DNA of 37,234 nt from an uncultured Ktedonobacterales bacterium (GTDB taxonomy: Bacteria; Chloroflexota; Ktedonobacteria; Ktedonobacterales; JADMIN01). This document shows positions 16,625 to 24,375 of the stretch, in pieces. The stretch spans positions 1 to 37,234 of the forward strand of contig CAYYCB010000004.1 of the NCBI GenBank assembly GCA_964469715.1, read 5' to 3'. Made by a program: the position numbers and the translations under genes. The notes beneath the pieces are model-generated. The model did not search any database. It had not been told where the DNA came from and saw only the letters and a program-made list of their open reading frames with translations. Within the stretch, counting starts at the first letter, position 1, and the number at the start of each line of letters is the position of its first letter.

Positions 16625-17677
16625 TTATTGCAGACTCTCGAGATATGCCACCAAATCATCGAGCTGGGACTGCGAGAGCGCCTTAAACTGAGGCGCCGCG
16701 CTCCCGTCGAAGCTGGGCATGTCGCTGTCAGGTTTCACGTCTTGCGCATGGGCAACCCACTGTTTCAGGTTGTCTGTGGTGTTCGTGAGCACGCCACCAG
16801 CGATGTAGCCGCGACTGCCGAAATGGGTGAGGTTTGGGCCGATGAGCACCGCGCCCTTCGGCGCCGCGCCTATGGCGTGGCATCCACTGCAGCCCGCCGA
16901 CTTGAACACGGTCTGACCGCGCTCCGCGGTGCTCCCAGCGGACGGATTTGAGGGATCTTGCTTTTGTTGCGCCAGCCAAGCGGTGTAATCTGCCTGGCTT
17001 TGCACCACCACATAGAAGTCCATGTGCGCGTGCTGCGCTCCGCAAAACTCAGCACACTCGCCCCGATACGTGCCTGTCTTGTCGGCCTTAAACCACAGAT
17101 GGTTGTCGTGGCCGGGAATCATGTCTGTCTTGCCAGCCAGCTCGGGTATCCAGAAACTGTGGATGACGTTGTCTGTAAAGAGCTTCACGTCCACTGTGGT
17201 TCCCACTGGAACGTGCAGCTCGTCGGCCGTCACGACGTTACCATCGTTCGGATAGCGGAACTCGAACCACCATTGGTGTCCGAGAGCGGTGACGTTCAAC
17301 GTGTTCGGATCGGCTGGCTTGGCGAGGCTGAACATCGTGCTCACCGTCACCGCCAGAATGCCGAAGAGAACCAGCGTCGGCACGGCGGTCCAGATGATCT
17401 CGATGGTCGTATTGCCGTGGATCTGGCGTGCCTCCGGTGCGTTGGGTCGGTCGCGGAAGCGGAAGACTGAGACTAGCAACACGGCCGTGACGCCGATGAA
17501 GATCACCGACGCCAGGATCAGGATGAACCACCAGATGTTGGCCTCACGCAAGGCAACAGGTCCTTGTGGGTTCGTGATCGTTGCCGAGTTGTCGCCGCAG
17601 GCGCTCAGAATTGCGGACACGACCAGCGCCAGCAGCGCGATTCCGGTCCACCGCTTGAGTCGTAAACGGCTTCGCAT
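16625..17677 (-). CDS. ctaC: Cytochrome c oxidase subunit II with a fused C-terminal cytochrome c domain (caa3-type), lipoprotein
   Basis: Lipobox LSAC, two TM helices, CuA motif CAEFCGAQHAHM, and haem c motif CSGCH in the C-terminal domain. Confidence 0.95.
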   Translation of the reverse strand: MRSRLRLKRWTGIALLALVVSAILSACGDNSATITNPQGPVALREANIWWFILILASVIFIGVTAVLLVSVFRFRDRPNAPEARQIHGNTTIEIIWTAVPTLVLFGILAVTVSTMFSLAKPADPNTLNVTALGHQWWFEFRYPNDGNVVTADELHVPVGTTVDVKLFTDNVIHSFWIPELAGKTDMIPGHDNHLWFKADKTGTYRGECAEFCGAQHAHMDFYVVVQSQADYTAWLAQQKQDPSNPSAGSTAERGQTVFKSAGCSGCHAIGAAPKGAVLIGPNLTHFGSRGYIAGGVLTNTTDNLKQWVAHAQDVKPDSDMPSFDGSAAPQFKALSQSQLDDLVAYLESLQ

Positions 17678-17699
17678 GTTGTGTGACCTCGACCTCCTT

Positions 17700-17724
17700 G
17701 GCCCACCGCGCGAGGTGGTGGGCC
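17700..17724 (-). promoter_or_regulatory. Intercistronic stem-loop abutting the ctaC Shine-Dalgarno
   Basis: GGCCCACC (17700-17707) pairs with GGTGGGCC (17717-17724). On the minus strand it lies directly 5' of AAGGAGG (17693-17699). Confidence 0.25.
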
Positions 17725-17821
17725 GGCCTCAAAACGACATGATTATGAAAGCGCTTTGATGATCAGCGGCGGAAATTCACATGTTCCCATGTTCTCTCCG
17801 CTACGCGAGCAACGTTCTTCG

Positions 17822-18490
17822 TCACCTCCCCAGAAGCCCACGCAGCTCGGTAACGATCTCGGCAGGAGAAAAGGCGCTGTCATACAGCGTCCGCTCGTAC
17901 CCTTGACCGTCGATCACAAAGACCCCGACAACGTGAGACACCGTACCGATCTGTATCGAAGCGTCCCCCGAGGGCTGCACGGCGATGTGATATGCGTCCC
18001 AGACGGGATGAAGGCTCGCCGCGGATCCCACGAGGTACCGCATAAATCCTTCCAGGTGATGCTGGCCGACGAATGTGCCTGCGGACGCCTGGGTGTCCCC
18101 AACTGGGTCAACACTCACAGCCACCCATGTGACCTGCGACGCGCGGTCGCCGAGTGCGACCACTGCCGAGTGGAGCTTCTCTGCCGTCAGCGGGCATTCG
18201 TCCGGGCAGTGCGTATAAAGAAACGTGAGCACGACCGGGCGCCCGCGCAGCGCTGCCAGCGAGACAGTTGCACCAGATTGGTCCACGAGTGTGAAGTTCG
18301 GGGCGACAACGTTGCCCAGGTCGGTATGGTCGGCGGACGTTGTCGCACTGACGGCATCGGAACTCTGCGCACTCAAGACGTGGTCGCGCACGACAATAAT
18401 GGTGCCGACGAGCACCACCAGCGCGACGACCATGACGCGCGAGATGAAGCGAAGTCGCAGTGCGGTGTTTGCCATTGCCCCCGTTCCCAA
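17822..18490 (-). CDS. SCO1/SenC-family copper chaperone
   Basis: TM anchor, YTHCPDECP (CxxxC), and the downstream conserved His (SHVVGVFVID). Confidence 0.85.
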   Translation of the reverse strand: MGTGAMANTALRLRFISRVMVVALVVLVGTIIVVRDHVLSAQSSDAVSATTSADHTDLGNVVAPNFTLVDQSGATVSLAALRGRPVVLTFLYTHCPDECPLTAEKLHSAVVALGDRASQVTWVAVSVDPVGDTQASAGTFVGQHHLEGFMRYLVGSAASLHPVWDAYHIAVQPSGDASIQIGTVSHVVGVFVIDGQGYERTLYDSAFSPAEIVTELRGLLGR

Positions 18491-19387
18491 CTAGCGCACG
18501 ACGCGGTCGACGACCATCAGGGCAAACAGGATGGCCAGATAGTAGTTGGAGAACCAGAACATCGTTCGCGCCGCGCGCAGCGTCTTCTGGCGAACCAGCG
18601 CGATGGCCAGCGCCAGCAAACCAAGCCCGAGTACTGAGGAGGCGATAAGGTAGAAGATGCCCATCGCGCCGATAGCAAAGAGCACGAGGGTAGACCCGAT
18701 GAGCAGCAGCGTATAGAGGATGATCTGCCGGCGGGTTTCATCCTCCCCCGCGACTACGGGCAGCATCGGCACACCCGCTCGTGCGTAGTCGCTCTTGAGC
18801 ATAAGCGAGAGCGCCCAGAAATGCGGCGGAGTCCACAAGAAGATGATCATGAACATCCACACCGCCGGGAGGCCCACAGCGCCCGTAACCGCCGCCCAAC
18901 CGACCAGGACCGGCACCGCGCCCGCTGCGCCCCCAATGACGATGTTCTGCGTCGTGGTGCGCTTGAGCCACATCGTGTAGATGAGGACGTAGAACGCAAT
19001 CGCCGAGAGTGCCAGCAGCGCACTCAGGAGGTTGACGAAGCGGTAGAGCAGCCCAAACGATAGTGCCGCCAGGATGAGGCCGAAGGCCAGAGCATGCGCC
19101 TCAGGCACGCGCCTCGCCGGAATTGCCCGGCTTCGCGTGCGTGACATGACCTGATCGATATCGCGGTCCCAATAGCAGTTGATCGCGTTGGCGCTCCCGG
19201 CGGCGAACGCTCCACCTAGCAGTGTGGCCAAAACGAGGCTCCATGCGGGGAACCCACCGGCTGCAACCACCATCGCCGCAAGGGTGGTCCCAAGCAACAG
19301 CACGGTAACGTGCGGCTTCATGAGGCTGATGTACGCCGCGAGCGTGGCACGGGTTGAGACAGCGCCTATTACAGTAGCGCGTTGCAT
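18491..19387 (-). CDS. ctaB: Protohaem IX farnesyltransferase (haem O synthase)
   Basis: UbiA-family motifs NCYWDRDID and RTRSRAIP, with about 9 TM segments. Confidence 0.92.
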   Translation of the reverse strand: MQRATVIGAVSTRATLAAYISLMKPHVTVLLLGTTLAAMVVAAGGFPAWSLVLATLLGGAFAAGSANAINCYWDRDIDQVMSRTRSRAIPARRVPEAHALAFGLILAALSFGLLYRFVNLLSALLALSAIAFYVLIYTMWLKRTTTQNIVIGGAAGAVPVLVGWAAVTGAVGLPAVWMFMIIFLWTPPHFWALSLMLKSDYARAGVPMLPVVAGEDETRRQIILYTLLLIGSTLVLFAIGAMGIFYLIASSVLGLGLLALAIALVRQKTLRAARTMFWFSNYYLAILFALMVVDRVVR

Positions 19388-19443
19388 GCGGGGCTATATC
19401 CCTTCAGGCGTCTCCAGCGCTCGAGTTTGGAGCGCATTACGAG

Positions 19444-19452
19444 AGTATAGCA
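19444..19452 (-). promoter_or_regulatory. Extended -10 promoter element TGCTATACT for the cta-ccm cluster
   Basis: The minus strand reads TTCTGCTATACTCT, ~55 nt upstream of the ctaB ATG. Confidence 0.4.
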
Positions 19453-19540
19453 GAACTGCCTGACTTCAAACTTGCAGCCTGGCTCTCGATCCTTACAAAT
19501 TCCTGAACGAATCTCGGAAGCGTGAGTGACGCCAGCCCCG

Positions 19541-19569
19541 TTGCGAGGGCGTTTGAGCCGACCTATAGT
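19541..19569 (+). promoter_or_regulatory. Sigma-70-type promoter TTGCGA-17 nt-TATAGT
   Basis: -35 at 19541-19546 and -10 at 19564-19569 with an exact 17 nt spacer, ~60 nt upstream of the 19627 start. Confidence 0.4.
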
Positions 19570-19626
19570 ACCATATGATGAGTTAATCAGCGCCAGATTT
19601 AGGCACTCGTAAGGTCGGCCACGCAC

Positions 19627-21579
19627 GTGTCTCATATTCGCCAGACTATGACTGATCCGCGCTCACAGGGTGGACGCGCTGTCTCTGATAGCGTTGCCCG
19701 CTCGCTAGGCGGCTCTGCGTCGCTACCGCCGTCGGCTCGTGCGCTGTCTACTCTCGCGGACGTCGTCTCGGATGCGCTCTTCCTGGTAGACGCTGGCGCG
19801 CGCATTATCTACCTCAACGATCGTGCGGTCGCACTGCTTGGTAGTACTGTGGGCAGTGGAGCAAGCGCGTACGAAGCGCTTTCCCGCCTGAGCGAGTATG
19901 ATAGCGCTCCAGAGGTTGCCAATGGCCGCCTGCTTGACCTATGGCGCCGCACTTACGCCGGCAACAGCGTCGTGCTCGGGACGTCAGGCAAGGGTGAGCT
20001 TGCTGTGCGTGTCGTGGCGCTCACCTCGGGTAGTGCGAAGGCCGCGCTTGCCGCCGTGATCGTGTCCGAGATCCGTGGAGCTCAGGCTTTGCCTCCTTCC
20101 GGGTCGCCAGCGCAGGTCGCTTTCGCGGATGCTCTTTCCGCCATGCTTCGTCATTTTCAGGGTGCTGTGGAAGCGCTGGCCCACTCAGGGCAGGTGCGCG
20201 ACGTCTCCGCGACAAAAGCGATCGATAGACTACGCGACGACTCAGGCTTCTTAGGGCGTGCGGCGACAACGCTAAGTAGCCTCCTGCGCCTTACCACTGG
20301 TGAGACTCCACCCGAAACGACCTCAGTAGATCTCAGCGATGTGCTGATGGCCACCATGCCGCAATGGAAGCCGCGCGCACCGCGACATTCGTTTGAGCTT
20401 GCACTGGCGGGTGAGACGCCTCCGGTGCCGGCCATCGAGCCGCTTGTGACGTTAGCGCTCGACGGGCTGTTGGAGGCTGCTACGCTATGGACTCCCGATG
20501 GAGGCGTCATACGCGTCACCGTGAGATCGAGCGACGACGGCGTCAGCGTTACCGTGCGGCCATATAGCACTGGACAATATCTTGGGCCGCGCAGCAACGA
20601 TGCTGTTCCGAGGTCCGCGGTTTCGGAGGCGCAGCCACCCGAAGTGCGGCCGCGTGCAGAGGTGGGGCTTGCGCTCGCACGCGCGGTGCTTGAAGCGCAT
20701 GGTGGCCGTCTCAATACCGAACCGGCTTCTGCCAGTGGTCTCGTGACAATCAGAGCTGACTGGATTGGCGATGGCTTGGTCCCTGTGAAGATAACCACGG
20801 CAGCCAATCCTGCCGCGTCTGGAAATCAGATGCTCCAAGGGGCCTTAGACCGAGGAGGACGGCAGGTTCTTCTTGTCTGGTATCCCGATGGCCGAATGCT
20901 GCGATACCTACGGGCCAATCTTGAGTCGCGCGGATTCGATGTTGTATCCGCGGGTGCGCCTTCTGAGCTTGCCTCCCTAGTTGAACGTGAAGAGCCTGAC
21001 GCCATTCTGGTTGACGTCGAAGGGGCCACCTTACAGACGAAGCGACTTGTGGACGAGCTGCGATCTCTCACCGAGGCGCCCGTCCTCATGCTGGCATCTG
21101 AGTACAACTCAGATCAGTGCGTGGACTTACTGAACGCTGGTGCGGCGGATTACATCGGTAAGCCATTCAACATGGAGGAGCTGATTGCCCGCCTCCACGC
21201 TGCGCTGCGTAGTCGTGTTCCTACCGGTGCTGAGCGCACTGCCAGCCGGATTGTGCGTACGGGTGACCTCAGCGTGGACCTCGCGCAGCGAATTGTCACT
21301 GTCGGTGGGAGCGAAGTTCGCCTGAGCAGAACCGAGTTCAAATTGCTCCGTGTCCTCGCGCAGCACATCGGGACCGTTCTTGCGCACGATATACTGCTTG
21401 AGCGCGTCTGGGGAGCGGGCTATACCCAGGAGAGCGATTTCGTCTGGGTATATGTGCGCCGGCTGCGGCGCAAGATCGAACCTGACCCCTCGCATCCATG
21501 TTACGTCGTCACGGTCCCCGGCGTCGGCTATCGTCTGGCGCGCCTCGACGTCCCCATCCACGGCCCCAAAGAACTCTGA
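19627..21579 (+). CDS. PAS / degenerate histidine-kinase / degenerate receiver / OmpR-type winged-helix fusion regulator
   Basis: PAS-like LFLVDAGARIIYLNDRAVALLG. DHp-like FADALSAMLRHFQ, with Ala where the SHELR His normally sits. CA-like region lacking the N-box Asn and DxGxG (LLEAATLW, VRPYSTGQY). REC domain with WY in place of the acidic DD pair, but D463 and K512 retained. C-terminal RLSRTEFKLLRVL...GVGYRL wHTH. Confidence 0.75.
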   Translation: MSHIRQTMTDPRSQGGRAVSDSVARSLGGSASLPPSARALSTLADVVSDALFLVDAGARIIYLNDRAVALLGSTVGSGASAYEALSRLSEYDSAPEVANGRLLDLWRRTYAGNSVVLGTSGKGELAVRVVALTSGSAKAALAAVIVSEIRGAQALPPSGSPAQVAFADALSAMLRHFQGAVEALAHSGQVRDVSATKAIDRLRDDSGFLGRAATTLSSLLRLTTGETPPETTSVDLSDVLMATMPQWKPRAPRHSFELALAGETPPVPAIEPLVTLALDGLLEAATLWTPDGGVIRVTVRSSDDGVSVTVRPYSTGQYLGPRSNDAVPRSAVSEAQPPEVRPRAEVGLALARAVLEAHGGRLNTEPASASGLVTIRADWIGDGLVPVKITTAANPAASGNQMLQGALDRGGRQVLLVWYPDGRMLRYLRANLESRGFDVVSAGAPSELASLVEREEPDAILVDVEGATLQTKRLVDELRSLTEAPVLMLASEYNSDQCVDLLNAGAADYIGKPFNMEELIARLHAALRSRVPTGAERTASRIVRTGDLSVDLAQRIVTVGGSEVRLSRTEFKLLRVLAQHIGTVLAHDILLERVWGAGYTQESDFVWVYVRRLRRKIEPDPSHPCYVVTVPGVGYRLARLDVPIHGPKEL

Positions 21580-21627
21580 GTGCTGATCGCGCTGTATCGC
21601 AGACCACGAGCGACGGCCCTTGTGGGT

Positions 21628-21649
21628 GCCAGCTCTGTCGCCAGCTCTG
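21628..21649 (+). repeat. Tandem direct repeat GCCAGCTCTG x2 (12 nt period)
   Basis: The identical 10-mer occurs at 21628-21637 and 21640-21649, in the intergenic region upstream of the cupredoxin promoter. Confidence 0.5.
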
Positions 21650-21677
21650 ATATATCGGGAAAACACCTGACTTCGGA

Positions 21678-21695
21678 ATAGGGTGTCAACCCTAT
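21678..21695. promoter_or_regulatory. Perfect inverted repeat ATAGGGT-GTCA-ACCCTAT
   Basis: 7 bp arms with a 4 nt spacer, ~25 nt upstream of the -10 element at 21716-21724. Confidence 0.35.
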
Positions 21696-21715
21696 CACTC
21701 CTGAAGGTGCCGTTC

Positions 21716-21724
21716 TGTTATACT
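21716..21724 (+). promoter_or_regulatory. Extended -10 promoter element TGTTATACT
   Basis: TTCTGTTATACTCT nearly matches the ctaB-upstream TTCTGCTATACTCT. It lies ~145 nt upstream of the cupredoxin ATG. Confidence 0.4.
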
Positions 21725-21868
21725 CTTGTGTGGCCTGACAATTGGTGACTTACCCATATCGTCTTATACGTGCTACGCACTCGTCTCGCTGTCACGCGAC
21801 GCCGTCGCCGCAAATGCGGCATCGCAATACGAGCAGTGAGTCGCGCTCGTCGAAAGGATCCGCCCGAC

Positions 21869-22264
21869 ATGAAGAAGGCTGCATTTGCCGTCGTTCCACT
21901 TCTCCTGCTCCTTGCAGTCGCCCTCGGCGCCTGTGGCAAGAGTGCCGCCAGCTCCTCAGGCGGCAGCGCGCCCGCAGCTGGCAACAGCGTGACGATGAGT
22001 GCCACTAACTTCGATCAGCACACCATCACCATTAAGGCGGGCGACACTGTCACCTTCGATGACGCGAATGGCGCCTTCCACCAGATCTGCCTGGGCAAGG
22101 ACATGGTCTGCGACAAGACTGCCAAGGGCCCGCAGGACGTACAGGGTGACGGCTTTGCGATCAATCCTGGCGAGAAGAAGCCGATCACGTTCGCTGAAGC
22201 CGGCACCTACGCCATTACCTGCTCCGTCCACCCGAATATGAACGTTGTCGTCACGGTTCAGTAG
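21869..22264 (+). CDS. Lipoprotein type-1 (blue) copper protein, amicyanin-like cupredoxin
   Basis: MKK start with AAAGGA upstream and lipobox LGAC. Copper ligand pattern is His (GAFHQ) plus C-x2-H-x2-M (CSVHPNM) at the C-terminus. The Arg-rich extension from 21770 is rejected. Confidence 0.8.
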   Translation: MKKAAFAVVPLLLLLAVALGACGKSAASSSGGSAPAAGNSVTMSATNFDQHTITIKAGDTVTFDDANGAFHQICLGKDMVCDKTAKGPQDVQGDGFAINPGEKKPITFAEAGTYAITCSVHPNMNVVVTVQ

Positions 22265-22284
22265 TCGGTCTCGTTCACTGAATT

Positions 22285-22324
22285 GGCGGGCTCCTCTGCT
22301 TGGGGAGCCCGCCTTTGTTTGTTT
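22285..22324 (+). terminator. Rho-independent terminator
   Basis: GGCGGGCTCC (22285-22294) pairs with GGAGCCCGCC (22304-22313), followed by TTTGTTTGTTT. Confidence 0.8.
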
Positions 22325-22372
22325 GACCGCTGATTTCCGGCTCGCCGCGTTGGGGCTCCCAGGCTAAGGACG

Positions 22373-22401
22373 TTGACGGCCTGCCGCCAGTGCCGTAGGA
22401 T
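22373..22401 (+). promoter_or_regulatory. Sigma-70-type promoter TTGACG-17 nt-TAGGAT
   Basis: -35 at 22373-22378 and -10 at 22396-22401 with an exact 17 nt spacer, upstream of the TPR gene. Confidence 0.45.
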
Positions 22402-22475
22402 GCGACACGCAGCCGACGTTAGGAAACGTCGTGCGAGGTTGTGCCCAGTGGGCAGGTGTTGCGAGAGGAGTGAGA

Positions 22476-24296
22476 ATGGGCTTCGGCTCTCGTGCGTCAT
22501 CGCTCGTGGCGGCCAGTGCGGCGCTCGCGATTCCCACGCAGATGCTCTACATCGCTCTGATCGTAATTGCGCTGGTGTTCATCGCCCTCCTGCTCATTCG
22601 AACACAACGATTGCGTGACGAGTCCATGCTGGCGAACGAACATGTGGCCGGTGCTCGCGACCTCCGCGGCTATGCTCTTGCCTTACTAGATGCTGGCCAT
22701 GAAGATGCCGCTGCTGATGCTGTGCGTGCCTATCTCGACCGAATCCCCGCCGACGCTGGATTCCGCGCGCTTTTGGGTGCGCTCGTGGCGAGGCGTGGAG
22801 ACCCTACCGGAGCCGCCGAACATCTGGAACAGGCGATTCGCCTGCTAGGACCCGATGGCCAACTTCCTCCGATCCAGCGACAGCGCCTTGCGTTTGCTGT
22901 CGCGACTGGGCTGGCTGCCGTACTTCGCGGCGCTGGACGCACGGCCGAGGCGGATCGCTACCTCCGCATGGCTCGTGCACTGCCCGTGGGCCCTTTTGGT
23001 GATGAGCGCTCCGGCGACACGCAGGCGATCCTAGAAACCGTCCGCGACGAAGACGCTGAACAAAGTGTATTTGAGCGCCTCTCTGCTTGGGGTGATGCCC
23101 CCCCAGAGCCACGCGCACCGGGCTTCGCCGACGCGGGCGTCGCGCTCGGGTTCTTCCGCGCCGCGGCGCGTCGAGGACACCCCTCGGTTCGCTTACTGGC
23201 TGACAAAGCGCTTGCCGAAGAAGCGGCGGGAAGGCCAGCGGATGCCGCAAAGACGCTTCGCAGAGCCCTGCACGAATCGCCGCGCGATCCCTGGTTGCTT
23301 CATGTGCAGGGTGAGTATCACTGGCGACATGGGCGGCTAGCGGAGAGCCTCCAGGCTTTCAGCGAGGCGTTGCAATTGGCGCCTGGCCGCTCCGGCACGG
23401 CGGCGGCTGGCGCTAGTGTGCAGATGCGACTAGGTCGGCTAGATGAAGCCACGCGCCTTCTTCACCGTGCGATGCAGCAACGACCAGATATCAGCCTGTT
23501 GCCGGTATTGTATGGCCAGGCGGCGCAACGGCTAGGGCAAGTGCCCGAGGCGGAGGCTGCGTTCGCCCGCGCTGAACAACTCGGTGCAAACGACGCCAGT
23601 TTCCAAACGGCATACGCCGATCTGCTCGCCGCAGCGGATAAGCCACAGCCAGCGGAGGCCCGCTACCAATTAGCAGCCCGGGCCGACGGTCCTCGTGGTC
23701 TCGCGCTCGCCCATTACGGCGAGTTTCTGTTTGCTCGAAAGCGCTATCAGGAAGCCGACGAAGCTCTTACGCAGGCGCTACACTTGGATGGAGGCGAGGA
23801 GTCCGCCCTCGCCCTTGCGCGCCTCGATTTGGCGCTCGGCAGGCTCGACCGCCTTCAGGAGCATGTGCAAGCGGCGGTCAATGCGCCAGTGCGCCAGGCA
23901 GAGGCACGTGTGCTACAAGCGCGAATGCTCCTTATCAACGAGAAGTATGAGGAGGCGGCAGGAGTCGCGTCGCGTCTCATCGAGCTAGAGGTCAAAGATC
24001 CCGAAGTGTATCTCTTGATGGGCCAGGCGCTGCTTCAGGTCGGTCGCATTGATGAAGGGCGCGCGGCGTTGACTGAGGCTGCGCGCCGCGATTCCCGGCT
24101 GGCGGAGACAAAGTTGGCTGATGCGCGTGGATTGTACGAGCATGGCTACCTGTTCAGTGCCCGTCTAGCTGCCGCAGACGCGCTCGCCTTGCGGCCGGAT
24201 TGGCCCGCGGCACGCGAGGGTTTCGACAGGATCAGCCAGGAGTTGGCCGCACAGCCCGTCCGTCGTCACCGTACAACCGCCCGCCCAGCGATTTGA
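22476..24296 (+). CDS. N-terminally membrane-anchored TPR-repeat protein
   Basis: ATG at 22476 is preceded by GAGGAG. TM helix MLYIALIVIALVFIALLLI, then ~550 aa of Ala/Leu/Arg-rich TPR-like repeats. Confidence 0.7.
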   Translation: MGFGSRASSLVAASAALAIPTQMLYIALIVIALVFIALLLIRTQRLRDESMLANEHVAGARDLRGYALALLDAGHEDAAADAVRAYLDRIPADAGFRALLGALVARRGDPTGAAEHLEQAIRLLGPDGQLPPIQRQRLAFAVATGLAAVLRGAGRTAEADRYLRMARALPVGPFGDERSGDTQAILETVRDEDAEQSVFERLSAWGDAPPEPRAPGFADAGVALGFFRAAARRGHPSVRLLADKALAEEAAGRPADAAKTLRRALHESPRDPWLLHVQGEYHWRHGRLAESLQAFSEALQLAPGRSGTAAAGASVQMRLGRLDEATRLLHRAMQQRPDISLLPVLYGQAAQRLGQVPEAEAAFARAEQLGANDASFQTAYADLLAAADKPQPAEARYQLAARADGPRGLALAHYGEFLFARKRYQEADEALTQALHLDGGEESALALARLDLALGRLDRLQEHVQAAVNAPVRQAEARVLQARMLLINEKYEEAAGVASRLIELEVKDPEVYLLMGQALLQVGRIDEGRAALTEAARRDSRLAETKLADARGLYEHGYLFSARLAAADALALRPDWPAAREGFDRISQELAAQPVRRHRTTARPAI

Positions 24297-24375
24297 CGTT
24301 CCCCGCCGAGCGAAAACATAATGCCTGGGGACATGTGCGTCTCTTTCTCCATTGAGCTAATTAAGACAGCAGCAC

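Noticed and set aside
19388-19626. Possible replication origin, given the strand switch from minus to plus genes and mnmG/gidA nearby
   Set aside because: I could find no DnaA-box-like TTATCCACA repeats or AT-rich unwinding element here or next to mnmG (24297-24375). The gene orientation flips again at 28877/28896. The region is better explained as a divergent promoter region.
22476-24296. The TM-anchored TPR protein as the missing TPR module of CcmI
   Set aside because: It is on the opposite strand and in a separate transcription unit, more than 12 kb from the ccm genes. Arg residues immediately after the TM helix suggest the TPR region is cytoplasmic, whereas the CcmI TPR domain must face the outside.
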